Notes: generated from the sequence alone by a model not told the origin. Positions 51,299 through 61,759 are shown, counted from the stretch's first letter. The stretch: 64,000 nucleotides of DNA from Alphaproteobacteria bacterium (GCA_045611705.1 JAZKXR010000007.1:248662-312661), one strand, 5' to 3'. A program made the numbers and translations.

Positions 51299-52060
51299 TT
51301 ATTTTGCGTTCTTTTTTAAAAATTCTATGGCATCCTCTGCAGCAACTGTTGCTGACTCAACAGCTAAAATTGCTTTTGGACAATGTTGTTTGACCAATTT
51401 TATCACTTTTTTAAAATCAATTGTCCCATCATCAAAACCATTATGCTCATCATTATTCGTGCGATTCAATTTTCCATGATTGTTATGCAAATGCATATAA
51501 CCAATACGTTTATTTAACGTTTTAATCCAATCATAAACAGACATATCGGAATTACCATGGGCATGCCCAACATCAAGACAAACCTTTAAACGCTTATCAT
51601 TAACAGCATCAATTTCTTGTATCATAACAGAGCTGTCCAATTCCAACATATTCTCAATCATTATTGTAATGGAATCATCTTTATCGGCAAAAAATTCTTC
51701 CCAAAAAGTTTTAGCTCTTTTAACCCAGTTAGGAATATGTGAAGTAAAGGGAACATATCCGTCATGAACAACAATACTATCACAACCTAATTCTTTTGCG
51801 ATTTTATAAGCGTAATTAAACCATTTCATTGTCTCTTTGCGAATACTTGGCATCGCTGAACCCAAATTTAAATCCCAAAAAGGTGCATGAAGTGATTTGT
51901 GCTTAATGTTTTTTGTTTGCTCTTTTTGATATGCAATTTGCTTTTTTACATTTTTCAAAAGTGGATCGGCAAATAACTGCAACTCTATCCCAATCTTTTG
52001 ACGTTTTACAATCTCAAAAGCTGGTTCGAATTTTCCATGATCGCATAATCTTATGTCCAT
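51299..52060 (-). CDS. Xylose-isomerase-like TIM-barrel protein (sugar phosphate isomerase/epimerase; endonuclease IV-related fold)
   Basis: 253 aa with metal-ligand blocks VVHDGY, CLDVGHAHGN, MHLHNNHG and DEHNGFDDGTIDF. Confidence 0.65.
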   Translation of the reverse strand: MDIRLCDHGKFEPAFEIVKRQKIGIELQLFADPLLKNVKKQIAYQKEQTKNIKHKSLHAPFWDLNLGSAMPSIRKETMKWFNYAYKIAKELGCDSIVVHDGYVPFTSHIPNWVKRAKTFWEEFFADKDDSITIMIENMLELDSSVMIQEIDAVNDKRLKVCLDVGHAHGNSDMSVYDWIKTLNKRIGYMHLHNNHGKLNRTNNDEHNGFDDGTIDFKKVIKLVKQHCPKAILAVESATVAAEDAIEFLKKNAK

Positions 52061-52290
52061 CGTTATGACCTCCCTTTTTGTATTTTGCTATTGTACAGAA
52101 TTGTTTTGTAAAACGCAATGATTTTTTTGTTTTAATATCTCCAAAAGTTCGAATGTTTCAGAGGCTGTCAAAAAGCGTTAAAAATATGAAATGCAATAAA
52201 ATCAAGCGCTTTTGAGATAATGAGTTCGATTGCCCGCGAAAATAGGTGCTTTTTGTGTTGAGTCCAATCAAACCAGCTTAAATGCTTGTA

Positions 52291-52318
52291 AATAAAAGAA
52301 AAAGTCGCCTTTTCAGAC
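52291..52318 (-). terminator. Rho-independent terminator after the small membrane-protein gene
   Basis: Minus strand reads GTCGTCTGAAAAGGCGAC followed by TTTTTC. The terminator is immediately preceded by AATACCCCTCACCA. Confidence 0.6.
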
Positions 52319-52367
52319 GACTTAAAAAAATGGTGAGGGGTATTTTGCAAAACGAGGGCTAATATTG

Positions 52368-52619
52368 CTATTTCTGAAGTTCCATTTGTTTGTTCTTCAT
52401 TAATGCGGGAGAAATCTGTTCTTGTTTGGCAATTTGCTTTTTATGATTTTTTAAATGATTAGATGCATATACACACCCACCTGCAACGGCAGATATACAG
52501 ATTCCTAAAATCATAATTCCCATCAATGTTTCCCAAGTATCGGTTTTAGCATCTTTAGAATCGGCCATTTTCATAACCTCTTTAATTTGTTCTGGTGTCA
52601 AATGTTCTTTTATATCCAT
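52368..52619 (-). CDS. Small membrane protein (~83 aa), hypothetical
   Basis: Start MDIKEHLTPEQ at about 52619 with RBS AAAGGAGAAAAG. One TM helix (LMGIMILGICISAVAGGCVYA). The longer ORF-track form (to 52814) has no RBS. Confidence 0.5.
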   Translation of the reverse strand: MDIKEHLTPEQIKEVMKMADSKDAKTDTWETLMGIMILGICISAVAGGCVYASNHLKNHKKQIAKQEQISPALMKNKQMELQK

Positions 52620-52834
52620 AACTTTTCTCCTTTTTATAGCGCAAAATATATCATATTTATGGATACTTGTAAAGTTTTTATGAAATAAGATTAGTCTTTT
52701 CAATTTATCCCTTATTCCTCGGGGCCGCCTGAAAAGGCGTCTACTCGGCAAGGCCTTGTATCGAACATGGGTTCGTCCACCTCGGCACCCGCTATTTACA
52801 AAAAAACGCCCCAAACAGGGCGCTTTTTATAAAA

Positions 52835-52910
52835 TGGTGAGCGCGGAGGGATTCGAACCCTCGGCCACCTGATTAAAAGTCAGGTGCTCTACCAGCTGAG
52901 CTACGCACTC
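52835..52910 (-). tRNA. tRNA-Lys (anticodon TTT)
   Basis: Reverse complement GAGTGCGTAGCTCAGCTGGTAGAGCACCTGACTTTTAATCAGGTGGCCGAGGGTTCGAATCCCTCCGCGCTCACCA. Cloverleaf with anticodon loop CTTTTAA and encoded CCA, followed by hairpin terminator GCGCCCTGTTTGGGGCGTTTTTTT. Confidence 0.9.
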
Positions 52911-52968
52911 AATAGGGAGTATTATACGATATGTATTTTAGAATGTCAATCATTTTTTTATATTTTTT

Positions 52969-55014
52969 TTATTTTTCTTTAATTTCTTCAAAAACAAGTA
53001 CACTCCAAGCCGGAATTTTGGCTTTTTTATCGTCCATTTCAATCGGTTCTAATGTGCTGTTTAACACCAATTCCCAATGAAAGCCTTTTTTGTTTTTAGG
53101 TAATTGCCATTCAATATCCGCCTGATACGCATTAAAAACAAAGAACAAATCTCCCTGTTTTTGGCGAATACAATACGACAAGCTGCGTACATAATAGGCC
53201 CAATCCATATCTGACATCAATTTGCCATCCGGTTTATACCATATCAGTTTTTCCTTTTTGAAAAAGTCATAGTATGACATTATCGGATGATTACGACGAA
53301 ATGCCATCAGCTGACGCACGAAAGCCAACATCTTTTGGCCCGATTCAGAAACATCTGACCAATCAATCCAAGAGGTTTTATTATCCTGAGCATATAAATT
53401 GTTATTTCCCTGATGTGATTGCATTATTTCATCACCAGCACAAAGCATGGGCGTCCCAAAGGATAGCAACAAAGACGCCATCATAGAACGAGCCCGTCTA
53501 TCACGATTTAACAAAACATCAGGATTGTCTGTATCCCCTTCCTGACCGCTGTTCCATGAAAAATTCGCATTTGAACCATCACGATTATCTTCTTGATTTT
53601 TTTCGTTATGCTTATTATTATAACTGACCAAATCCGCCAAAGAAAACCCATCGTGTGCTGTGATAAAATTGATTGATTCCCATGGTTTGCGACCGTTTTG
53701 TTGATATAAATCAGCCGAACCGGTCATCCGTTGGGCAAAATCACCAGCCATTCCCTCATCTCCACGCCAAAAACGACGAACGGTATCACGAAACTTATCA
53801 TTCCATTCAGCCCAACCGGGTCTGAATTTACCAACTTGATATCCGCCATTACCCAAATCCCAAGGCTCGGCAATCAATTTTAAGCGTTGTAATACGGGAT
53901 CTTGTTGGACAACACCCAAAAAATCGCCATTACGAGTAAAAGTGTTATCATCGTCACGGGCTAAAGTGGTCGCTAAATCAAAGCGAAAACCATCAATCTG
54001 CATATTTTCCGCCCAATAACGCAACGAATCCATAACCAACTGCAAAACCCTTGGATGTCCTAAATTAAAGCTGGCCCCACAACCGGTTGTATCTTCATAA
54101 TAACGTGGATTTTGTGGGTTTGTACGATAGTAAACCGTATTATCAATCCCACGATAGCACAAAGTCGGACCTAATTGATTGCCTTCGGCCGTATGATTAA
54201 AAACAACATCCAAAATAACCTCAATCCCTGCTTCATGCAAAGTACGAATAGCGTTTTTTAATTCCGAAGTACTGCCATTATACATATAAGGTGCATAAGG
54301 ACACATAAACAAAACGGGATCATATCCCCAATAGTTGGTCAACCCCTTTTGGGCCAAATGCCCCGGAGTCATAAAAGTAGCAATTGGTAATAATTCCACA
54401 GCCGAAATTTGCAAAGATTTTAAATACTGTATAATCTTGGGATGTGTCAATCCTTTAAATGTACCACGAAATGCTTTATCAATTTCGGGATTCAATGCTG
54501 TAAATCCCTTTAAATGCGTTTCATAGATAACCTCTTCGTCCCAATTATGTCGTGGTTTTTGCGAATTACCCCATTGAAAATAAGTATCATCCAAAACAAC
54601 GCACTTGGGAACATAATCCGCATCATCCTTTTTCGAAAAAGACAAATCTAATTTTGAAGATCTGAGATTATACCCTAATTGAGAATTGTGTGCTTTGATA
54701 GGACCTGTTAATTTTTTTGCATAAGGGTCTAACAACAACTTATTCGGATTAAAACGAAACCCCTTTTCCGGTTCATAAGGACCATGAACACGATAAGCGT
54801 ACCTTTGTCCCCAGCGCAAGCCTTTTATATAACCGTGCCAAACTTCATCAGTATAACGGGGCAAATCGATTCGTTTTTCGTTTTTGCCGTCTGCATCAAA
54901 TAAACACAATTGAACCCGAGTAGCATTTTTGGAAAACAATGCGAAATTCACACCATTTCCATCATAATTTGCCCCCAGTGGATACGGTAAGCCCGGTAAA
55001 ACTTCTAAATTCAT
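52969..55014 (-). CDS. glgX: Glycogen debranching enzyme GlgX
   Basis: 681 aa GH13 with a CBM48 N-terminus, GlgX-type blocks (YWGYDP, GFRFDLA, EPWD) and catalytic D/E/D residues. Confidence 0.9.
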   Translation of the reverse strand: MNLEVLPGLPYPLGANYDGNGVNFALFSKNATRVQLCLFDADGKNEKRIDLPRYTDEVWHGYIKGLRWGQRYAYRVHGPYEPEKGFRFNPNKLLLDPYAKKLTGPIKAHNSQLGYNLRSSKLDLSFSKKDDADYVPKCVVLDDTYFQWGNSQKPRHNWDEEVIYETHLKGFTALNPEIDKAFRGTFKGLTHPKIIQYLKSLQISAVELLPIATFMTPGHLAQKGLTNYWGYDPVLFMCPYAPYMYNGSTSELKNAIRTLHEAGIEVILDVVFNHTAEGNQLGPTLCYRGIDNTVYYRTNPQNPRYYEDTTGCGASFNLGHPRVLQLVMDSLRYWAENMQIDGFRFDLATTLARDDDNTFTRNGDFLGVVQQDPVLQRLKLIAEPWDLGNGGYQVGKFRPGWAEWNDKFRDTVRRFWRGDEGMAGDFAQRMTGSADLYQQNGRKPWESINFITAHDGFSLADLVSYNNKHNEKNQEDNRDGSNANFSWNSGQEGDTDNPDVLLNRDRRARSMMASLLLSFGTPMLCAGDEIMQSHQGNNNLYAQDNKTSWIDWSDVSESGQKMLAFVRQLMAFRRNHPIMSYYDFFKKEKLIWYKPDGKLMSDMDWAYYVRSLSYCIRQKQGDLFFVFNAYQADIEWQLPKNKKGFHWELVLNSTLEPIEMDDKKAKIPAWSVLVFEEIKEK

Positions 55015-55105
55015 TTTTTCTCCCTTTTAAAAAATATAATTAAAATTAAAATAAAATGCAAAGGAAATATTGATTTTTTTATATTTTTTTTGATAATATA
55101 ATCTT

Positions 55106-55864
55106 ATGTTAAGAAGATATTTAAGACAAATTTGGACATTATGCTTAATCTCTCCTGGCTTTATGTTTAAGGCCATTTGTGGTGGTATTATTATTTTTTG
55201 TTTAACTAATCATTTTTTAAAAAGGCCTATTTATCAAAAACTTTATGGAAAACCAGATAATCAAGTTTTACAAATCGCAGAACATGATTCCTTTATTGAT
55301 ATCACTGAACAAAAAATCATACCTTTAAACATTAATGGATATGAGATTGAAATTCAACCTATCAAACACTTCAAGACAACAACACGAATTGTTTATATGG
55401 ATCGTTATTCTGCTTTAGGAACTTGGTACCGTTCTCATGAAGGTGCCTCTTTATACGATACCATCGTCCCTCAGGATATATCCACCGCAACTGGTTTAAG
55501 CGGGAAGAATCCCCATTGTTTTACTTTTGATCATGAATACAGATGTTTGCTCTCAAAATATCACATAAAATCTTGTTCCCCAGAAATATTCAAAACAGCA
55601 GACTTAGATATAAATAACAACCACTCTATTGCTGCCAATAAAAAAATACAACGAGGCATTGATATTTTAAAAGTTGGTGATATTGCATATATTGAAGGTT
55701 ATTTGGTTTATTGGAACGGAACAGGAAATTTAGAGTACCAACGTTTTGAATCTGCCGTCACACTTGGTCAGGTTTCTAAGCAACTTTATGGTGGTCAAAA
55801 ATCCGGACTTTGTCGACAATTATTGATTACAAAACTAAGCTTTGATGGCTATACATTTGAGTGA
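55106..55864 (+). CDS. Hypothetical membrane-anchored protein (252 aa)
   Basis: N-terminal hydrophobic segment. No identifiable domain. Divergent from glgX. Confidence 0.45.
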   Translation: MLRRYLRQIWTLCLISPGFMFKAICGGIIIFCLTNHFLKRPIYQKLYGKPDNQVLQIAEHDSFIDITEQKIIPLNINGYEIEIQPIKHFKTTTRIVYMDRYSALGTWYRSHEGASLYDTIVPQDISTATGLSGKNPHCFTFDHEYRCLLSKYHIKSCSPEIFKTADLDINNNHSIAANKKIQRGIDILKVGDIAYIEGYLVYWNGTGNLEYQRFESAVTLGQVSKQLYGGQKSGLCRQLLITKLSFDGYTFE

Positions 55865-55875
55865 TTATTCTTTTG

Positions 55876-58071
55876 TCACTTTTCCTTTATTTGAAAACAC
55901 ACCATTGAAAGCGGAGGTAAAACAACCTTTATTTGATAGGGTTTAAAATCCCAACCGGGTTCCAAAGTATAGATTTTATCCAAATTATGCACCCCACTGC
56001 CACCGTATATTTCAGAATCAGTATTAAAAACCTCGGAGTAAACACCCGACTGATTCACACCGATTTTATAATCATATCGGGGTATTGGGGTCAAATTCAT
56101 CGCCACAATTAAAGCGTTTCCTTTTTTATCTTTACGCATAAAGGTTAAACATGAATTTTCGCTATCGGATCCATTAATCCATTCAAAACCACCCTCTTCT
56201 TCATCCATTTGATAAAGTTCCGGATGAGTGGCATAAAATCGATTTAAATCTTTAACCAATTTTTGAACACCGCTGTGAACCGGATATTGTAATAAATCCC
56301 ATTGTAATTGTGTGGCATAATTCCATTCTTTGGTTGATCCCCACTCTTGGCCCATAAACAATAACTTTTTCCCCGGATGCATATACATATAACCGTAATA
56401 TGCCCTTAAATTAGCAAATCTTTGCCATTCATCACCGGGCATACGCCCCAAAATCGTCCCTTTACCATGAACAACTTCATCATGGGATAATGGCAAAACA
56501 AAATTTTCTGTAAATGCGTATAAAAAGCTGAAAGTCAATTCGTTTTGATGAAATTTACGATATAGTGGATTTTGGGACATATAATTTAATGTATCATGCA
56601 TCCAGCCCATATTCCATTTATATCCAAACCCAAGACCGCCCATATAAACAGGTCTGGACACCATTGGCCAAGCGGTTGATTCTTCGGCAATTGTAATGGC
56701 ACCTGAATTTTCACCATAAACTAATTCATTTAGACGGCGTAAAAATGCAATGGATTCCAAATTTTCATGACCACCATATTGATTGGGCAACCACTCCCCA
56801 GGTTTTCGGGAATAATCCAAATAAAGCATACTGGCCACAGCATCTACCCGCAATCCATCCACATGATAAACACGCAACCAGAACAAAGCGTTTGCCAACA
56901 AAAAGTTAGCAACTTCGTTACGACCGTAATTATAAATTTTTGTTCCCCAATCTTTATGTTCACCTTTACGGGGGTCTTCATGTTCATACAGGGCCGTTCC
57001 GTCAAAATTGATTAAACCGAAAGCATCTTTTGGGAAATGCCCCGGCACCCAATCAATAATCACACCGATTCCCGCTTGATGCAGACAATCAATCAGATAT
57101 TTAAAATCCCCCGGTGTTCCATAGCGTGAGCTGGGCGCATACATACCAACAACCTGATATCCCCAACTGCCATCAAAGGGAAATTCCGAAACGGGCAAAA
57201 ATTCAACGTGCGTATACCCCATTTCTTTAAGATAGCGTGGCAATTCTTCGGCCATTTCCAAGTATGTCATAAAGCGATTGTTTTCTTTACGTCTCCAGGA
57301 TCCCAAATGAACCTCATAAATACTCATCGGTTTATCACGGGATTGAGAATCGTTTTTACGATTTTGCATCCAAACATTATCATGCCATTGATAGGTGGCG
57401 TTATTATAAACCAAGCTGCCTGTCTTTGGGCGGACTTCTGAAACGAAAGCAAAAGGGTCCGCCTTCAAAGGCAATAAGCAACCATCCTTGTCCAACAATT
57501 CGTATTTATAAATATCCCATTCTTTTAAGCCTGGAATAAAAATTTCCCAAATACCGCTACTGCCCCTAGGACGCATTAAATGACGCCGACCATCCCAATT
57601 GTTAAAATTACCAACCACACTGACCCGACTTGCATTGGGTGCCCAAACGGCAAAACATACACCTTCAACCCCTTGATGTGTTATCAAATGCGCCCCTAAT
57701 TTATCATATATTTGCCAATGCGTTCCTTCGGAATATAAATACAAATCTAAATCGGATAAGATCGGCAAAAAACGATAAGCATCTTCGGTTTCATAAACTT
57801 TATCATCATACAATTTTATTTGAAAACGATATTCAAAAAAATCATCCCGATCAAAATCTATTTGAAAAACCCCTTGTCCGATACAGTGCATTTGCCCCAG
57901 ATTTTCTCCATTCACATCCAAAACAAACACTTCTTTTGCCTGAGGCTGGACTGTCCGAATAACAATTCCCTTTCCTGAACTACCTTTATGTATACCTAAA
58001 ACAGAAAAAGGATCACCCTTTAACAAACCTTTTTCTAAAACTATAATTTCATTTGAAGATAAACAGGTCAT
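55876..58071 (-). CDS. glgB: 1,4-alpha-glucan branching enzyme GlgB
   Basis: 731 aa GH13 branching-enzyme blocks (DWVPGHF, GLRVDAV, GFGYKWNMGWMHD, AIAEESTAWP). Confidence 0.95.
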   Translation of the reverse strand: MTCLSSNEIIVLEKGLLKGDPFSVLGIHKGSSGKGIVIRTVQPQAKEVFVLDVNGENLGQMHCIGQGVFQIDFDRDDFFEYRFQIKLYDDKVYETEDAYRFLPILSDLDLYLYSEGTHWQIYDKLGAHLITHQGVEGVCFAVWAPNASRVSVVGNFNNWDGRRHLMRPRGSSGIWEIFIPGLKEWDIYKYELLDKDGCLLPLKADPFAFVSEVRPKTGSLVYNNATYQWHDNVWMQNRKNDSQSRDKPMSIYEVHLGSWRRKENNRFMTYLEMAEELPRYLKEMGYTHVEFLPVSEFPFDGSWGYQVVGMYAPSSRYGTPGDFKYLIDCLHQAGIGVIIDWVPGHFPKDAFGLINFDGTALYEHEDPRKGEHKDWGTKIYNYGRNEVANFLLANALFWLRVYHVDGLRVDAVASMLYLDYSRKPGEWLPNQYGGHENLESIAFLRRLNELVYGENSGAITIAEESTAWPMVSRPVYMGGLGFGYKWNMGWMHDTLNYMSQNPLYRKFHQNELTFSFLYAFTENFVLPLSHDEVVHGKGTILGRMPGDEWQRFANLRAYYGYMYMHPGKKLLFMGQEWGSTKEWNYATQLQWDLLQYPVHSGVQKLVKDLNRFYATHPELYQMDEEEGGFEWINGSDSENSCLTFMRKDKKGNALIVAMNLTPIPRYDYKIGVNQSGVYSEVFNTDSEIYGGSGVHNLDKIYTLEPGWDFKPYQIKVVLPPLSMVCFQIKEK

Positions 58072-58192
58072 TTTTCCCCCAATTTTTTATTCAGATTTAG
58101 CATATGTTTTATAAAAAATCAAGCAAAATAAAAAGTTCTTGCTTTTTAAGTTATTTTTGTTTAAGATAGTTCAAAAATGAAAGGATATAAAA

Positions 58193-59668
58193 ATGATTTC
58201 TTTTTTTAACAAGCTCGGAAACAGTTGGATTGCAAAAATAATTTGTGCAACATTAGCTTTAAGTATGATGGCCTTTTGGGGCTTAGGCGGATTATCAGAC
58301 GGATTTTCAACAAACAATAAAGCCATCACAGTTGATTCAACAGTCATTACTGTCAATCATCTGAATCAGGCTTTGGATAGAGAACGCACAAAAATTTCAG
58401 GATTAACCGGACAGAATCTAACCGTAAAGAAAGCCATTGAAATAGGCCTTTTAGATAAAACAATTCAACAGTTGGTTGCCGATCAGATTTCTCAAAAAAT
58501 ATCGGAAAAAATCGGTTTGACCGCATCTGATGAAGCCGTTCGAAAATATGTGGAACGCCATCCGGCTTTTCAGGATGTCCAAGGCAACTTTGACACGAAT
58601 CTCTTTTATACCTATTTGGGACAATTAAGAATGAATCAGGCGGAATTAGCCGATGAATTAAAAAAAGAATTAGCGAACAAACATTTATCTATTGCCCTAT
58701 CAAAAGCAGCCACCCAAAATAAAACCATCATTGAAAATATCGCCAATATTCAAAAAGAAAAGCGTGAAATATCTGCTCTATTATTAAAAGAAAGCGACAT
58801 TTCTGTTGGTCAACCTGACGATACAACTTTAAAAGATTATTATGAAGCATATCAGGAAGAATTTACAACCCCAGAATATCGTCAAATTCAATTATTATAT
58901 ATAACGCCATCACATTTTAAGGGCGAAAAAGAAACCCTTTATGACAGAATGTACCAAGCAATTCAAGATTTGGAAGATGAATTGGGAAGCGGAACCTCTT
59001 TAAAAAAAGCGGCGGAAAAGTTAGCTTTGCCAAAACCAACTTTTGTTGTTACAGACTTTTCTGGATTAGATCAATCAGGAAAATTGGCTGATAAAACTTT
59101 GGATAAAAACCCATTGTTACAAGAAGTATTTACTCTTTCTTCTGGTGAATCAACAACAATCACCGATTTTTCCGACGGTTTTTTAGTGGCCGAAGTAAAT
59201 AAGATTATCCCACCATCTTTAAAACCATTTGAAAAAGTTAAAAATGAAGTCGTTGCTCTGTGGAAAGCAGAAGAACAAAAAACAAGATTGCCAAAAATGG
59301 TTCAAGAAACTCTCGTTGCTTTGACCGAAAAGGGAATTTGGCCAAAATCAAATCCAACAAAAGAAGTGATAGAACAAACAAAATCAAAAAACATCCCCAT
59401 GGATTTAATATCTACCATTTTTAATCAATCTGTTGGTGTTAAAAATGCAAAATCTTATCCTACAAACAATGGTACATGGATTATTGTTGTAAATAAAATT
59501 ATTCCAAATTCGGAAAAAATTTCAAAATCAGAAAAAATGAATGCTTTGGCTCTTTATACGCAAGATTTATTTGAAATAACACAACAAGCTTATGCCAAGA
59601 ATTTTGATGTAAAAGTAAATGAAAAAACAATAAATAAATTCTTCTCTGCCTATACGACAGAAGAATAA
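58193..59668 (+). CDS. Periplasmic chaperone PpiD/SurA-like (membrane-anchored, SurA N-terminal domain)
   Basis: 491 aa with an N-terminal TM anchor followed by the AKVNG-like start of a SurA_N domain. Architecture matches PpiD. Confidence 0.6.
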   Translation: MISFFNKLGNSWIAKIICATLALSMMAFWGLGGLSDGFSTNNKAITVDSTVITVNHLNQALDRERTKISGLTGQNLTVKKAIEIGLLDKTIQQLVADQISQKISEKIGLTASDEAVRKYVERHPAFQDVQGNFDTNLFYTYLGQLRMNQAELADELKKELANKHLSIALSKAATQNKTIIENIANIQKEKREISALLLKESDISVGQPDDTTLKDYYEAYQEEFTTPEYRQIQLLYITPSHFKGEKETLYDRMYQAIQDLEDELGSGTSLKKAAEKLALPKPTFVVTDFSGLDQSGKLADKTLDKNPLLQEVFTLSSGESTTITDFSDGFLVAEVNKIIPPSLKPFEKVKNEVVALWKAEEQKTRLPKMVQETLVALTEKGIWPKSNPTKEVIEQTKSKNIPMDLISTIFNQSVGVKNAKSYPTNNGTWIIVVNKIIPNSEKISKSEKMNALALYTQDLFEITQQAYAKNFDVKVNEKTINKFFSAYTTEE

Positions 59669-59688
59669 AATAAAAAAAAGGGGGGAAA

Positions 59689-60570
59689 ATGTTAAAAAAA
59701 ACAAATATTGCCAAAGTATTTTCTTTGACTGTTTTTTGTGGAATATTGTCTTGTGTCAATCCTGCTTTATCACAGGAAAGCGATTTGACAGATGAAAACA
59801 CTCTAATCAATGAAACGGGCATTACAGAATCAACAACGGTTGAAATAACCCAAAATAACCAAGAAGAAGTTGAAACAGAACCAATATTAGATAAGGCTGA
59901 AACTGATTCGCAAAACAAAGAAAACATTCAAACAGAACTTCCCGAATCAATTGCAACGGAGACACTTCAAAATAACCAAGAAGAAGGTGTTTTGGATTCT
60001 CAAACAAATGAAATTGAAACAAATTCAAATGAGGAAAATGCTATCACAGAAACCGTTGAAGAAAATAACGAATTGCAAAAAAACGAAGATACCCCCTCCT
60101 CATCCGATGAAACAGATTTTAATTATACCTGGTCCGATTTTGTTTCACAAAAAGATTGTCGCGATTTTGTTTCACAATTAAACAAAAAATCAAACTTTGA
60201 AAACTTGTCTCAAATTTTAAAGCCCTATTGTAACACAAAGAAAATGTCGGCTTGGAATAAGTGGCTTTATACTTTCCGACAAGAGAAAAAAGAACTTATT
60301 ATTTCACAAATAGTTCAAGAAAAATCAGCCGTAAAATATATAAAGGTTATACCCTACTTTTTCTTTGATATTCAAAATATGAATTCAACGGGAAATACAC
60401 CAAAGGATATTTTAAACAAAATTCAACAAGCAATCATTGAACATCAACCACAAAAAGCCATGGATTTAATTTCAAAATTGCCTGAAATTTGGCAAAAAGG
60501 TCTTAGAAAAACATCAGATTTTGGAGAAACAATTATCAAAATTAAAGATGAATTAGACAAAAATTTCTAA
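59689..60570 (+). CDS. Secreted acidic protein with internal repeats (293 aa), hypothetical
   Basis: Signal peptide MLKKTNIAKVFSLTVFCGILSCVNPALSQ. Repeated LQNNQEE/ETE blocks. Confidence 0.5.
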   Translation: MLKKTNIAKVFSLTVFCGILSCVNPALSQESDLTDENTLINETGITESTTVEITQNNQEEVETEPILDKAETDSQNKENIQTELPESIATETLQNNQEEGVLDSQTNEIETNSNEENAITETVEENNELQKNEDTPSSSDETDFNYTWSDFVSQKDCRDFVSQLNKKSNFENLSQILKPYCNTKKMSAWNKWLYTFRQEKKELIISQIVQEKSAVKYIKVIPYFFFDIQNMNSTGNTPKDILNKIQQAIIEHQPQKAMDLISKLPEIWQKGLRKTSDFGETIIKIKDELDKNF

Positions 60571-60583
60571 ACAGGGGGACAAA

Positions 60584-61759
60584 ATGATTAAACTATTTCT
60601 TTTATCAACTATCTTATTCTTTTTGGGATTTCAAATTACAAATTCCGATACAATGATGGAGATTCATTTTGAAAACTACCGCATATACGGATCAATTTTC
60701 AGTTTTGCCGGTTTGATTTGTGCCGTTTTATGGTGTTGGTATTTGTTATTTTTACCATTCCGTTTGTTTGGCTTTTTAAAAAAACGCCACCATAAAATAA
60801 AAGAACAAAAAAGACACGATTTAATTTTAACCGTATTATTAACGCTCACAAATCAAGAAATAGAAGCCTTTCCTGAATTATTGGAAAAATCCGAAAAACT
60901 TTTTGGACAAGAAAGTTATATTTATTGGACAATCCGTTGTTTATTATTGCCCGATGAAAACTCCTATCATCAATTGATGCAATTTCCCCAAACAACTTTG
61001 GGGGGAATCCGAGGTTTATTCAGAGAAGCAGACACTCAGGGCGATTTACAACAAATGCGTCTTTTGCTGGATGGTTTACCCGATAAAAAGAAAAAAACGC
61101 CTTGGGCATTGCAAGCAAACTTTCAATTAGCATGTCAGGAGAACAATTGGGAAGAAGCTCTTGAATATTTAAAGAAAATGAAACCTATTTTAACGTCCGA
61201 AGATTATAATAAACGAAGAGCGACTTGTTTATTTTTATGCGATGATTTAAAAAATGCCTATAAAACAGATCCTTTGAATCCTGCCATTGCCATTTCTTAT
61301 GCCAAACAAAATCCACAAAAAGCAGGCAAAATATTCCAAAAAATATGGCAAAAAAAACCTTGCTGGGCCATTTACGAAACCTATAAAGAATTATTAGAGT
61401 CTTTGGATAGCAAAAAACGATTTACAGCCATCAAAAATTTAGTTTCAGAAAATCCTTACGAAAGACTTTCTTTATTAGCTTTGGCCGATATCTCATTAAA
61501 TAATCAAGAACCGATTCTGGCAAAAAAATATTTGGATGAATTTTTACAAAGCTATGCCTTAACAAAGCAAGTGGCTTTAATGCAGGCCCGCGTAGAACGA
61601 GATGCATGGAATCATGAAGATAAAGCCCGTGAATGGGAAGATAAAGCCGTTGAAACGGAAGAAGACGAAACCGCTTGGGTATGTGAAACATGTGGTTATA
61701 AATCCCCTTCATGGCATGGATTATGTCCCATGTGTCATACTTTTAACGGGTTAAAATAA
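60584..61759 (+). CDS. Membrane-anchored TPR-like protein (HemY_N-like) with C-terminal Zn-ribbon
   Basis: Two N-terminal TM helices, an alpha-helical repeat body, and C-terminal CETCGYKSPSWHGLCPMCHTF. Confidence 0.45.
   Translation: MIKLFLLSTILFFLGFQITNSDTMMEIHFENYRIYGSIFSFAGLICAVLWCWYLLFLPFRLFGFLKKRHHKIKEQKRHDLILTVLLTLTNQEIEAFPELLEKSEKLFGQESYIYWTIRCLLLPDENSYHQLMQFPQTTLGGIRGLFREADTQGDLQQMRLLLDGLPDKKKKTPWALQANFQLACQENNWEEALEYLKKMKPILTSEDYNKRRATCLFLCDDLKNAYKTDPLNPAIAISYAKQNPQKAGKIFQKIWQKKPCWAIYETYKELLESLDSKKRFTAIKNLVSENPYERLSLLALADISLNNQEPILAKKYLDEFLQSYALTKQVALMQARVERDAWNHEDKAREWEDKAVETEEDETAWVCETCGYKSPSWHGLCPMCHTFNGLK

Noticed and set aside
50920-51300. Possibility that the structured block is tmRNA (two-piece ssrA), RNase P RNA, SRP RNA or 6S RNA
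   Set aside because: No tag-peptide reading frame (ANDN...), no tRNA-like T-arm/CCA, none of the RNase P CR-I/IV/V boxes or the SRP domain-IV motif, and it is too short for RNase P. Left as an unclassified structured element.
50478-52910. Integrase, transposase, IS or prophage genes associated with the tRNA-Lys repeat scars
   Set aside because: No ORF in or near the island has integrase or transposase motifs (no R..H..R..Y tyrosine-recombinase box, no DDE). Only the att-like repeats remain.
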